20,000 nucleotides of DNA from an uncultured virus (IMG/VR IMGVR_UViG_3300018050_001510) (lineage: Duplodnaviria > Heunggongvirae > Uroviricota > Caudoviricetes), in the IMG/VR virus record IMGVR_UViG_3300018050_001510. The stretch is one strand, 5' to 3'. Position numbers and translations under genes: made by a program. Numbering within the stretch: the stretch's first letter is position 1; every line of letters starts with the position of its first letter. The notes under the pieces are model-generated. The model was not told the origin of the DNA. It searched no databases and worked only from the letters and a program-made list of their open reading frames with translations. Below, piece after piece: positions 1 to 8,963 of the stretch.

Positions 1-2
1 AA

Positions 3-584
3 TCGTGAAACCATTGTATCAGCAATAGCTGAATATGGAAGTAATATTGCATTTACTTGTGCTGCAAAGTCTGTTAAAATATCAGGAGTTGTTTCACCAC
101 CAACAACTAAATGCTGAAAGCTATTTGTAACTAAATTACCACAATCATTATTTGTAATAGTTAGAATAATTAAATCTCCAACTAAAAACACTCCTGAAAA
201 AACGTAGGCAATAGAGCCAGCCTGTCCAGGATTACATACAATCTTATTACCGGAAAGATATCTTTCAGGAGTGGTAACAACTGGAGAACTTTTAGCTTTA
301 TTAAACATTCTAAAATCACGTTTGGTTACATCCAAATATGTTTCGCCAATCTTTAATGCATTTAAATAAATAAAATTATCTGGAACACAAGCTTGATAAT
401 CTTCAACCTCTAGTTCACACTCAAATCTTTTATATGTATCACTAGATCCAATTTTTGTTTCAGCTTCATAAGCCCAACGAGCAAAATCTTCCAATACCTC
501 ATTTGGATTTTCTAATTGAAGTAAAGTCATTGCAGCATCGATAGCCGAATAAATACTTACATGTTGTTGTGAATTTAAACTCAT
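3..584 (-). CDS. crAss-like ring/tail-tubular (head-tail connector) protein, 3' truncated by the window edge
   Basis: Not in the ORF track. ATG at 584-582, 3 nt after the stop of the upstream gene, and open to the window edge: MSLNSQQHVSIYSAIDAAMTLLQLENPNEVLEDFARWAYEAETKIGSSDTYKRFECELEVEDYQACVPDNFIYL... The W..EA...IG / L.V.DYQA..P.NF pattern and the position after the IHF-like gene fit crAss-like ring proteins. Confidence 0.65.
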   Translation of the reverse strand, partial: MSLNSQQHVSIYSAIDAAMTLLQLENPNEVLEDFARWAYEAETKIGSSDTYKRFECELEVEDYQACVPDNFIYLNALKIGETYLDVTKRDFRMFNKAKSSPVVTTPERYLSGNKIVCNPGQAGSIAYVFSGVFLVGDLIILTITNNDCGNLVTNSFQHLVVGGETTPDILTDFAAQVNAILLPYSAIADTMVSR

Positions 585-587
585 AAA

Positions 588-1019
588 TTATTTTTGTTGA
601 GGTGCGTATTGTTGATTTCCATCCATTGTAATATCTAAATATTCTTTACCTAATTCAACTTGCTTCATAATTAATTTTTTAATTCTTGGAGCAGTTTTAA
701 ATTTAAAGTTTCGAAACTTTTTAGAGCATGAAAGGAATAAAAAAGTAAATCTATAATCGTATTTACTCATATCAATACCAATAGGTAAATAATGAGTACA
801 CAATGTTTTTACGGGTAAGCAAAAGTTTTTTGCAAATAACCGAACTGGTTCATTATTTTCAATAGAATATTTCATTCCATTTAAATAATAATAATGAATA
901 ATCTTTGAAAATTCATCTTGACTTAAAACATAACCATCTTGTGTCGTAAGCATTTTATTTGCTCGACAATAATCATAGATGTCTTTCATCTTAAATTGTC
1001 TAGGTATCTTCCCGGCCAT
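588..1019 (-). CDS. IHF/HU-like DNA-binding protein of the crAss-like structural module
   Basis: 143 aa basic protein (KDIYDY...EFSKII...VRL...FKFKTAPRIKKLI). Located between ring protein genes as in crAss-like phages. The family call is from pattern and synteny. Confidence 0.55.
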   Translation of the reverse strand: MAGKIPRQFKMKDIYDYCRANKMLTTQDGYVLSQDEFSKIIHYYYLNGMKYSIENNEPVRLFAKNFCLPVKTLCTHYLPIGIDMSKYDYRFTFLFLSCSKKFRNFKFKTAPRIKKLIMKQVELGKEYLDITMDGNQQYAPQQK

Positions 1020-1689
1020 CGTTTATTTCGTCAGTTTTTGAAGATTGAATAATAGTTAATTCTCTTGGGAAAATTTTATCTACAATTTTTTGATAAACAT
1101 CAAGTGACAATGGATAAGCGTCAGTCATTGGATTAAAACATGTAGGGGTACATCCTTCAGTTGAATAATTATAAGCATCTTTTGGTTGCTCTGCAATTAA
1201 ACGAACATTAATATATTTTGTTTTTTTAAATTCATTTTTAAACATTACATACAATGTATTACCAATAAGAAATGAACGATTAACGTTTTTACCAAAATGT
1301 GTTTTTTCACGAAAAAAAACATGATTAGCCTTACTTACAATAATTGGATTTTGTTTATTTATAAAACCAACCCAAAGAGCAGGACTATTACCACTACCCA
1401 TAACAGGAACAGGAATTTTTACTTTTTTAATATTGCATCCCCATTTTAATAATTCGCTACAATTTTGATCAGTCATATCCACTTCAGTAAGTGGAACAAC
1501 TCCTAAGTCTTGTTGAAAGATTGCATCAATTGATAAATTCTTCAACATCATTTCTTTTAGAATAGAAGCACGATAATACCGAATCCAAAATTCAATCTGT
1601 CGAGGATTTAATTTGTTATCATCCGAATTACCTTGCCCTGCCTTTGGACTATTACGGATATTATAAATAAAACTATTAAGACTTTCCAT
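1000..1689 (-). CDS. conserved crAss-like virion structural (ring) protein
   Basis: 229 aa. N-terminus SLNSFIYNI...SDDNKLNPRQIEFWIRYYRA, plus GNTLY and YPL motifs typical of crAss-like ring proteins. Synteny agrees. Confidence 0.65.
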   Translation of the reverse strand: MESLNSFIYNIRNSPKAGQGNSDDNKLNPRQIEFWIRYYRASILKEMMLKNLSIDAIFQQDLGVVPLTEVDMTDQNCSELLKWGCNIKKVKIPVPVMGSGNSPALWVGFINKQNPIIVSKANHVFFREKTHFGKNVNRSFLIGNTLYVMFKNEFKKTKYINVRLIAEQPKDAYNYSTEGCTPTCFNPMTDAYPLSLDVYQKIVDKIFPRELTIIQSSKTDEINDGREDT

Positions 1690-1711
1690 AAATTAAAAAT
1701 TAGCAAGTAAG

Positions 1712-1719
1712 CAAATATA
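1712..1719 (-). promoter_or_regulatory. Bacteroidota-type -7 promoter box (TATATTTG)
   Basis: Exact match to TAnnTTTG, 22 nt upstream of the ATG at 1689 and directly after a terminator. Confidence 0.6.
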
Positions 1720-1747
1720 AAAATAAAGGTCGGGATTTCTCCCGACC
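1719..1747 (-). terminator. intrinsic terminator after the capsid gene block
   Basis: Minus strand GGTCGGGA-GAAA-TCCCGACC (8-bp perfect stem, GNRA loop) followed by TTTATTTTT. Confidence 0.85.
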
Positions 1748-1776
1748 AGTTACATATTTTAAATAAAAAGTTTTAA

Positions 1777-2466
1777 TTAAAGTCCGTTAATTAATGTAGC
1801 TAAGTCATTACCTTCTCCAGCATCACCATACCAAACAAGTTCCATACTTTTACCATCAACCGTTCCATCGGTAAAATTTTGGTCAGCACTTGGGTTGTAT
1901 TGAATTACTACAACATCGAATGTTGAGTTAGTAATTAAGTCAGCACTAATACCATCTACAATTGCTTGAGCTGGAGTTCCTGAAGAAACTGTTCCAGCAA
2001 CATCTACTGCATAAGCAATAGTTCCTGCAGTAGAATCAGCATATACATAACCAACCATACTGTTTTTTAAAGTTTGGTTAGCAGTAATAATAAGAACACC
2101 AGAAGAATTTGAAGCAGTATAAGGTGCTAATGTATCAGCATTAATTAATGCTTCAACAGCATTAGCAATTGAAGTTACATTATCGCCAGCAACAACAGTA
2201 TACTGATATTGTTTTCTCCAAATTTGACGGCTTTCACTATTATCAACAATAGTTACTTTTACAACATCGCCAGCAGCGTATGTTCCCGCAAAAGTTACTT
2301 CAATTACACGGGCAGTACCCGCCGCATAAACATGTGAAACAGCACCCAAAAGAGAATCTGAAGAAACTACAAATGAAGGTGATAAATCAACTTTTCCACT
2401 AGCTAAAGCTGGTGTGTGCCCTTGGGCAAGAATCGCTCTGCGATTTGGTCCAATATTAACTCCCAT
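1777..2466 (-). CDS. putative auxiliary capsid / decoration protein
   Basis: 229 aa rich in A/G/S/T/V, beta-rich, with a VVAGDNVTSIANAVEALINA motif. It is the last gene before the terminator in the capsid block, consistent with a high-copy virion protein. Confidence 0.55.
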   Translation of the reverse strand: MGVNIGPNRRAILAQGHTPALASGKVDLSPSFVVSSDSLLGAVSHVYAAGTARVIEVTFAGTYAAGDVVKVTIVDNSESRQIWRKQYQYTVVAGDNVTSIANAVEALINADTLAPYTASNSSGVLIITANQTLKNSMVGYVYADSTAGTIAYAVDVAGTVSSGTPAQAIVDGISADLITNSTFDVVVIQYNPSADQNFTDGTVDGKSMELVWYGDAGEGNDLATLINGL

Positions 2467-2496
2467 AAGAATTTTTTATTTTTTTGATTTTGAAAA

Positions 2497-3138
2497 TTAT
2501 GTGTTAGCAGTTTTAATTTCGTTCATTTGAACTTGATAATTTGGATCCTTGACAGTACCTAACATTTTACGAACAGCGATATTTACAATCTCATTATGAG
2601 TAGCTAAAGGTAAATCACAATTTACATTATTAGTTGGATTTGTTTCATCATTTAAAACCGTTACCGGTAATTTAAGATAAACTAAATCAGCACTAACAAA
2701 ATTTGTTATTCCTTTTATATCTATAATATCAACTGTTCCATTATTATTTGTTAAATAAATAGGATTTTCATTATCCGGAACATTAAATGGATCCCGTTGG
2801 CTTTCGTTATAATCATCCCATTTCATGGGTTTTACAGGCGCCGACCTTTGGTTATCGCATATATCAGTATAACTTGCAGACAAAGCAAGAATGTACATAA
2901 AACTAGGAACATTGATATTATTCAATGTAATTATAGGAACAGTAAAAGACTTTTTACGAACCAATGAAACAAGGTCTTCACGTCTTTTTTCATTAAGTTC
3001 AAATTGAGCATACCTTTCTTTAGTGAATTCGACAATAGCCTCATTCAAATAAAAATCTTTTTGAGTTGAATTAAACCAAGGATTACCTGGCTTATCCATT
3101 AACTCATCACAGGCGGTATGCATTTGAATTATAGTCAT
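2497..3138 (-). CDS. conserved crAss-like ring/adaptor protein
   Basis: 213 aa. MT..QMH...D..MDK...F...KD.YLNEA...FE..EKRREDL..LV, DPFN.P, YLKLP and C.LP..TH.EIV.IAV are motifs of the crAss-like gene found downstream of the MCP. Confidence 0.7.
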   Translation of the reverse strand: MTIIQMHTACDELMDKPGNPWFNSTQKDFYLNEAIVEFTKERYAQFELNEKRREDLVSLVRKKSFTVPIITLNNINVPSFMYILALSASYTDICDNQRSAPVKPMKWDDYNESQRDPFNVPDNENPIYLTNNNGTVDIIDIKGITNFVSADLVYLKLPVTVLNDETNPTNNVNCDLPLATHNEIVNIAVRKMLGTVKDPNYQVQMNEIKTANT

Positions 3139-4127
3139 TACTCTTCAGTTTTAGCAAGTTCTTTTTTATTAGCCTCTAGTTTTAACTTCATATCCTTAAC
3201 CTTTTTATGGAATGCCGGAACTGATTTAATTTTCAATGAATGACCATACATTTCGATTGCTACTTCAAGGTTTCCCTCGGTAACAGCCTCTTCTGCAAGT
3301 TTAACATATTCTAATCTTTCAGTCTCTTCATCAGGATTTACAACTAATGAAGATACAGGTTGCGGAGCTACCGCTACTGGTACTGGCACGATTCCTTGAG
3401 TATTTTTAATACCGAGTTGCGTATTAATTGATGGTATTAAATCTGAATTTATTTTAAGCCAATTAATAGCTTGTTCTTGGTTAATACCAATTCGTTCATT
3501 ATTAAAAAACCATAATCCTTGCGCTTCACGAATAATCTTACTTTCCTTTGCCATAAAGAAAACTTCTTTATAAACTTTATCAGGAGATTCATACTCTTCC
3601 AATACTTTAGCTGGATTCTTACGAACAGCATCATATACCAATTTCTTGATAATGGCTTCGCTAGAAGCAACGTTTACTGGAATAGCAAGTAATCGAGCAA
3701 ACATAAAAAGCTTTTGACCTTTTAGTTCACTAATAATCCCTCTAACTTTTCCTTCTAAGTCCATTTTCTCAACATCTTCAATTGCTTGAGCATGAATATT
3801 TACAGGAAGAAAAACAGGAGTGTTAGATTTACAATAAACTATATGATCTTTTACATGAAGATATTCTAAGCAGTCATTGATTTTTGAAAAACTCAATATC
3901 TTTTTCTTATTATATCTTGTTGTTTTTGGATTACCATGTTCATCATAAAATTGACGATAAATACCATCATGATCGGTATAATCTCTAACTACAATTGTTC
4001 CCACACGCTTCGGATTGACCAGGCGGATTTCCGCCTGACCAGTTTCCGGAAGCATTATTAATTCCTGATAAACTTTAGTCGGCAATAAATCTTTTAATGC
4101 CTGACTAATTACTCTTTCTTTCTCCAT
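3138..4127 (-). CDS. hypothetical protein downstream of the MCP with a C-terminal TPR-like helix pair
   Basis: 329 aa ORF with a TAATG overlap into the next gene. A Pro/Val linker is followed by YVKLAEEAVTEGNLEVAIEMYGHSLKI. Confidence 0.7.
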   Translation of the reverse strand: MEKERVISQALKDLLPTKVYQELIMLPETGQAEIRLVNPKRVGTIVVRDYTDHDGIYRQFYDEHGNPKTTRYNKKKILSFSKINDCLEYLHVKDHIVYCKSNTPVFLPVNIHAQAIEDVEKMDLEGKVRGIISELKGQKLFMFARLLAIPVNVASSEAIIKKLVYDAVRKNPAKVLEEYESPDKVYKEVFFMAKESKIIREAQGLWFFNNERIGINQEQAINWLKINSDLIPSINTQLGIKNTQGIVPVPVAVAPQPVSSLVVNPDEETERLEYVKLAEEAVTEGNLEVAIEMYGHSLKIKSVPAFHKKVKDMKLKLEANKKELAKTEE

Positions 4128-4167
4128 AACTTTTCTTTTTCTTTTTTAGTTTATATTCAATTTACTT

Positions 4168-5547
4168 TTAAGCCATTACAAGCATACCGCAAGACAATGG
4201 GTTTCTGATGATGTAACCACCTTCAGTCAAATACTCACATTTAAATGAGTCACTTGAATTGGCAGACATCATTGTTTTTTGGTCAAATGGATTTACCATA
4301 CCTGCAATATACTTACAGATATATCCTCTTGACATTCCTTCAGCACCTTTAACAAGACGCTCGATGTTTGATTCACCACCAACCATATCAAAGTTCATAA
4401 ATACCATACGGAAAGATTCCTTTGGTAAACCTGAATTTGCATCAATATTGTTTCCGTGTATGTTTGGATCATCAAAGATTGGAGCATCAACCAATGTCAT
4501 ACTAACACCAAAAGCATTGTATGAAGTAAAGTTTACACCAATATTCATTTCCTTACCAACAGCAGCATTGTAAATCATATTTCCGTTAGTCATAACAAAT
4601 GCTTTCATAGCATTAGCAAAAGCTACACGTCCACCAGAACCAGTGTATACTAACCAATGTTGACCTTTTTTACCAGTATTTAAAAACAATTGCATCAAGA
4701 AATCTTGAATACGTTGTTCAGTTAATATACCATTATATGTATCAATATTTGCAGAGTCAATCTGACGAAGTAAACCATCACCTTTAATGATTGGACGACC
4801 ATTAGTATCGAACATTGTTGGATTACCATTAGAATCCATTGTAGAAATTGAATACCAAGCATCTAATTCTTTTTCGTAACGGAAATCATCTTCAGCAATC
4901 ATTTGATCAGTGAAATACCATAAACGGCTTCCAGCATTTTCAATCCAAGTTACATCAGTCAATGCAGAACCAGAAATACTTCTAGCCTTACGATTGATAC
5001 CAATGTAATTTGTATACCAGTCTGGATAAACGTGGTTTTCGTATCCTTTTTCAGAAGACTCAGTAAATGCAGTACCAATTTTACCAACAGTAACACCAGC
5101 TAAAAGAGCTGCAGCTGCAACAGCTGAAGTTCCAATAATTGATGAATCTTGAAGTTTGTAAGTATAGGTATATCCTCCCGCAGAAGCTACAGGTAATCCG
5201 ATAATAACACCTTGGTTACCATCAGCAAATCTGATTACGTCATTTGGATTGAAATAATTCTCTTCAAATTCAACAGTTGCTGAAGCATGTGCTGAACCAT
5301 CACCAGAAGAAGTTCCAGTACAAGTCGATGGACGATTTGTACGACCTAATATTGGCCATGAGAATTTTACATCACCGATTAATTTTTCTTTTGCAAAACG
5401 ACCTGTTCCTTCGGTAAAATAGGCAACAGAGTATTGTGGAAATTGACGAGTTAATTTACGCTCGATCTCAGGAAATTTCAAGAGATTCGTCACTAGAGCA
5501 TTACTTTCCATGGTTTCATTACCATAAGAACCTTTGTATGTACGCAT
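4168..5547 (-). CDS. major capsid protein (crAss-like, HK97 fold inferred)
   Basis: 459 aa located after the portal and scaffold-like genes. GDGLLRQI, YTGSGG..AF, FTSY...G..MTLV..PIFD and final I.NP..CG motifs. Codon usage suggests high expression. Confidence 0.85.
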   Translation of the reverse strand: MRTYKGSYGNETMESNALVTNLLKFPEIERKLTRQFPQYSVAYFTEGTGRFAKEKLIGDVKFSWPILGRTNRPSTCTGTSSGDGSAHASATVEFEENYFNPNDVIRFADGNQGVIIGLPVASAGGYTYTYKLQDSSIIGTSAVAAAALLAGVTVGKIGTAFTESSEKGYENHVYPDWYTNYIGINRKARSISGSALTDVTWIENAGSRLWYFTDQMIAEDDFRYEKELDAWYSISTMDSNGNPTMFDTNGRPIIKGDGLLRQIDSANIDTYNGILTEQRIQDFLMQLFLNTGKKGQHWLVYTGSGGRVAFANAMKAFVMTNGNMIYNAAVGKEMNIGVNFTSYNAFGVSMTLVDAPIFDDPNIHGNNIDANSGLPKESFRMVFMNFDMVGGESNIERLVKGAEGMSRGYICKYIAGMVNPFDQKTMMSANSSDSFKCEYLTEGGYIIRNPLSCGMLVMA

Positions 5548-5605
5548 TTTAATTTGGTTTTTGATTAAACATTTTAATTTAATCGGCTACCTAAAATACA
5601 ATCTT

Positions 5606-6682
5606 TTAATCTTCTCCTACAAACCTTCTTGGATCAAAAGCACCTTTGCTTGTTGAAACATTTACTTTGTTTACTCCTGGCATTTCTGCATTTTTTAGAG
5701 TATTCAAAAGTTTGGCAGTAGCAGAGTTTTCTCCACGACTTTTTAATATTTGCTTTATCACATTTTTATTACGATAGATGAAAGCTATTTCAGCTAACTC
5801 TGATTCGTTTGCAGTAATCTCTCTCAGAAATTTACCACTTGTGATGTATTCATAATGTGAACCTTGAAATTTTTTAAGGTCAGAATCATTTTTAGCCACT
5901 TTAATATCAAACATCGTTTGAGTATTTTCTAAATGACTTTTTAGTTTCTCTTTAGAATACATTAAATCTTTATCGTTCATTGAACTCGATTCTTTGTACT
6001 CTTCCTTTTTTTTATTTTCTAGTTCACCAACGTATCCGTTGATTCCATTACGCAATTTTCTAGCTTCGATAACAAGAACACCACTGTTTTCCATTTTTTC
6101 AACAGCAATTTCAGCATCTTCTTCATTCATACCATTAAGGACTAAATCCTTAATCATCAAAGCATCATCTTTTAATTTAAGAACTTCATTTAATTTTAAA
6201 ATCTGTTCGTCAAATTTAGAAGGAGTAGTCTTCATACGAAGTTCCTCATTCTCTTGTTTTAACTTTTTAATAGCCTCAACAGTTTTTTCGATTGGTTCAT
6301 TTTCTTCAACTCCAAGTTCAGTATAAATTTCTTTTGAAATAACTGGCTTTTGGTTATTTGAATTTTTATTATCAGAATTATCGTTTTGCTCAACTTCTAA
6401 TCGAACAGTTTTTTGTTCATTAGTTTCATCATTATTATTGGATCTTTTATTTTCATCAAACCCTTTTTCATCTTCATCGGCTGAATCACTAAAATCACTC
6501 CATGTCAAAGAACCATCATTATCGGTATTTTCAGTTTCTCTATTATCGGTTTTAGAATTAATTTCTTCACCTTTATTATTAACTTCACTACCATTATTTG
6601 CATCGATATTATTTTCAATATCTACATCTTCTTCAGCAAACTTTTTTGCTAATTCAATGTTCATTTCATTTTCATTTGCCAT
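5606..6682 (-). CDS. acidic coiled-coil protein, putative capsid scaffolding protein
   Basis: 358 aa with a D/E/N-rich disordered N-terminus and helical remainder, between portal and MCP. Confidence 0.6.
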   Translation of the reverse strand: MANENEMNIELAKKFAEEDVDIENNIDANNGSEVNNKGEEINSKTDNRETENTDNDGSLTWSDFSDSADEDEKGFDENKRSNNNDETNEQKTVRLEVEQNDNSDNKNSNNQKPVISKEIYTELGVEENEPIEKTVEAIKKLKQENEELRMKTTPSKFDEQILKLNEVLKLKDDALMIKDLVLNGMNEEDAEIAVEKMENSGVLVIEARKLRNGINGYVGELENKKKEEYKESSSMNDKDLMYSKEKLKSHLENTQTMFDIKVAKNDSDLKKFQGSHYEYITSGKFLREITANESELAEIAFIYRNKNVIKQILKSRGENSATAKLLNTLKNAEMPGVNKVNVSTSKGAFDPRRFVGED

Positions 6683-6703
6683 AACTTTTCTTTTTCTTTA
6701 ATA

Positions 6704-6711
6704 CAAATATA
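6704..6711 (-). promoter_or_regulatory. Bacteroidota-type -7 promoter box (TATATTTG) for scaffold/MCP
   Basis: Exact TAnnTTTG in the 34-nt intergenic gap, 21 nt upstream of the ATG at 6682. Confidence 0.6.
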
Positions 6712-6716
6712 TATAA

Positions 6717-8963
6717 TTATTTCTTTGAAGTACTTTTTGTAGGGGCTTTTTTATCGGGTGCTGGTTTGTTTTTACTGTCCATCATCTTTTCACGCTCAGA
6801 CTGAATCTTTAAATTTGTTTCTTCAATCTTTGTACGATTTTTCATATCCGTAGTTTCTTTTGCTCCACGCATTAACTGGTCATTACTAATAGCCCTACCT
6901 TCACTCATAATATGAGCAACTTCAATTTTGGTTTTAGAATCCATATCTATATCGTACTTTTTCAACTCATTAGCCTGACCAGTAAGTTCATTTGATTGTT
7001 TAATCAATTCATTCTTTTGTTGTTCAATTTGAGTTTGTTGTGCTTGAACTTGTTTGAATCCATTTGTAATAATATTTTCAATTTCAGTAGCAGAACTGGC
7101 ACGAACAGAACGAATAGCACTTGAAGGATCAATAGCACCTGAATTAGCATATTGCATAATTAAAGCAGCCATAGTTTTTCTATCTGAAAGTTCCTTTGCA
7201 TTGTTTTTTACAAAAATACCGTACTCATCTTTAGCAATTGATTTATCAATATGAAATGTTTCCATGCCGGTATCTCCAAAAACATTAACCATACGACCTT
7301 CATTACCCCAACAAAAAGGCATAATATTAGCACAGGCTTGTAAAACATCACCAACAACCTTATAATGTATTTCATATAAAGGAGCAGTAATTAATGTAGA
7401 TTGCATTACATTTCTTTCATTTACACCAACCAAATCTCCAGACTTATTTATTCCTGATCGTGCAGCACTAATACCTGTCATTCTATCTGCTGTATCATTT
7501 AATAATGCAAGAAGGTTCATTAACTGTTGAACACTATTTGATAAAGTAAAATCTACAGATTGAAATTGGTTAAAACCATTTCCTCCATACTTATTACCTT
7601 CTTGTTTACTATTAATAAGGATAAGTCCTGAGTTCTTGGCATGATAAAAAACATCTTCTAAAGGAATCTTCTCAGGCTTTTGACTTACATCATAAACAAC
7701 CGACTTACCACCCGAAGCAGCTAAAGCCTTTTCAATATGATACCAAACAATGTTTGTCATCAATTGAACATTTTTTAATGCATCAACTGGCGATAATGTA
7801 ACACTTGTAAAATTATTTTTAATACATCCGTAATAATCTAAAGTTGTATGTTGATAGTTTTCTTCTGGACGAAATTGATTTGGTTTTCTACCCCAATTAA
7901 GTAATAATTCATGACCAATAAGAATACCTTGTCTAACATCTGAACAGCCATACTCACGAATATCTTCACCTTTTTTACCTTCATAATCATCTTCCATCAT
8001 TTTATAAAATGGAGTTTCTTCGTCATAAGGATTTTTAGAAACCTTATACTTCATCATTTTAATTGAACGCCATTGAAGTTCAGTAACGCAAACAGATAAT
8101 ACACCACCATCATCAAAACGATAAAAATCAAAACCGAATCCTAAATCGTCAAAATATGAACGGTCACGTGTTGATAAATCTTCAAGCCATTCAACCTGTT
8201 TCTTGTCTAATTTAAATCTATCAAGAATTTCATTAATTGCATAGTATCTTCTATGTCCAGCAAGTGAAGCATTTTGAATAAATTCTGATTCAGAATCTTT
8301 ATCCCAAATCATATTTCTAGGGTCAATCCTTTCAACATAAGGATCACCATTTTTTATATAAACTTTATAAAATTCTTTTGAGCAAATAGAAAGGTCATAA
8401 AAACCTCTTTTAAAAATATGGTCAAGACTATATTTTTGAACTAAAAATTTTAATCCTACATTAACATTTACCTCAACAGCATCTCTAAATTTCATATTGG
8501 AAAATTCTTCAATATCTTTTGGAATTTCTTCTCCAACATCTTCATCTTCCATTGGCACACCAAGTAGTTCTTCCATCTCTCTTCGTATAGGACGAAGCAA
8601 TGTTTCTACAGCGACACCAATCTTTTTTTCATTCTTTCTTGCAATAGCATTTCTATTAGTAACATTTACTGTCCACTCTAAACCTTGTGAAAGTAATTCT
8701 CCAGCAAGTAATTCTAATCGTGGAGCAATTACCGGCCAATTAACTAATCGTGCAGGAGCAGTAATTCCATAAGTGTCGGTCATATATTGAAATTGCTTAT
8801 GGTCAAAAATACCATCTACTAATTGGTAATTTTCATGGTCTTTAATATTTTCATTTCTAAAAACACCATAATCATGATGATAATTTATGGTTGCAAGAAT
8901 ACAATCACGATGAAATTGTTCATCTTTTTTATTCTCTGGTATTGACTGTCTAGGAAAAATCAT
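6717..8963 (-). CDS. portal protein
   Basis: 748 aa with an ATGA overlap with the large terminase. FP.Q.IP...K, I.PRLELLAGE, E.YKVY..NGDP.V..IDPRN and TGIS.AR.G motifs, plus a C-terminal Gln-rich coiled coil. Confidence 0.88.
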   Translation of the reverse strand: MIFPRQSIPENKKDEQFHRDCILATINYHHDYGVFRNENIKDHENYQLVDGIFDHKQFQYMTDTYGITAPARLVNWPVIAPRLELLAGELLSQGLEWTVNVTNRNAIARKNEKKIGVAVETLLRPIRREMEELLGVPMEDEDVGEEIPKDIEEFSNMKFRDAVEVNVNVGLKFLVQKYSLDHIFKRGFYDLSICSKEFYKVYIKNGDPYVERIDPRNMIWDKDSESEFIQNASLAGHRRYYAINEILDRFKLDKKQVEWLEDLSTRDRSYFDDLGFGFDFYRFDDGGVLSVCVTELQWRSIKMMKYKVSKNPYDEETPFYKMMEDDYEGKKGEDIREYGCSDVRQGILIGHELLLNWGRKPNQFRPEENYQHTTLDYYGCIKNNFTSVTLSPVDALKNVQLMTNIVWYHIEKALAASGGKSVVYDVSQKPEKIPLEDVFYHAKNSGLILINSKQEGNKYGGNGFNQFQSVDFTLSNSVQQLMNLLALLNDTADRMTGISAARSGINKSGDLVGVNERNVMQSTLITAPLYEIHYKVVGDVLQACANIMPFCWGNEGRMVNVFGDTGMETFHIDKSIAKDEYGIFVKNNAKELSDRKTMAALIMQYANSGAIDPSSAIRSVRASSATEIENIITNGFKQVQAQQTQIEQQKNELIKQSNELTGQANELKKYDIDMDSKTKIEVAHIMSEGRAISNDQLMRGAKETTDMKNRTKIEETNLKIQSEREKMMDSKNKPAPDKKAPTKSTSKK

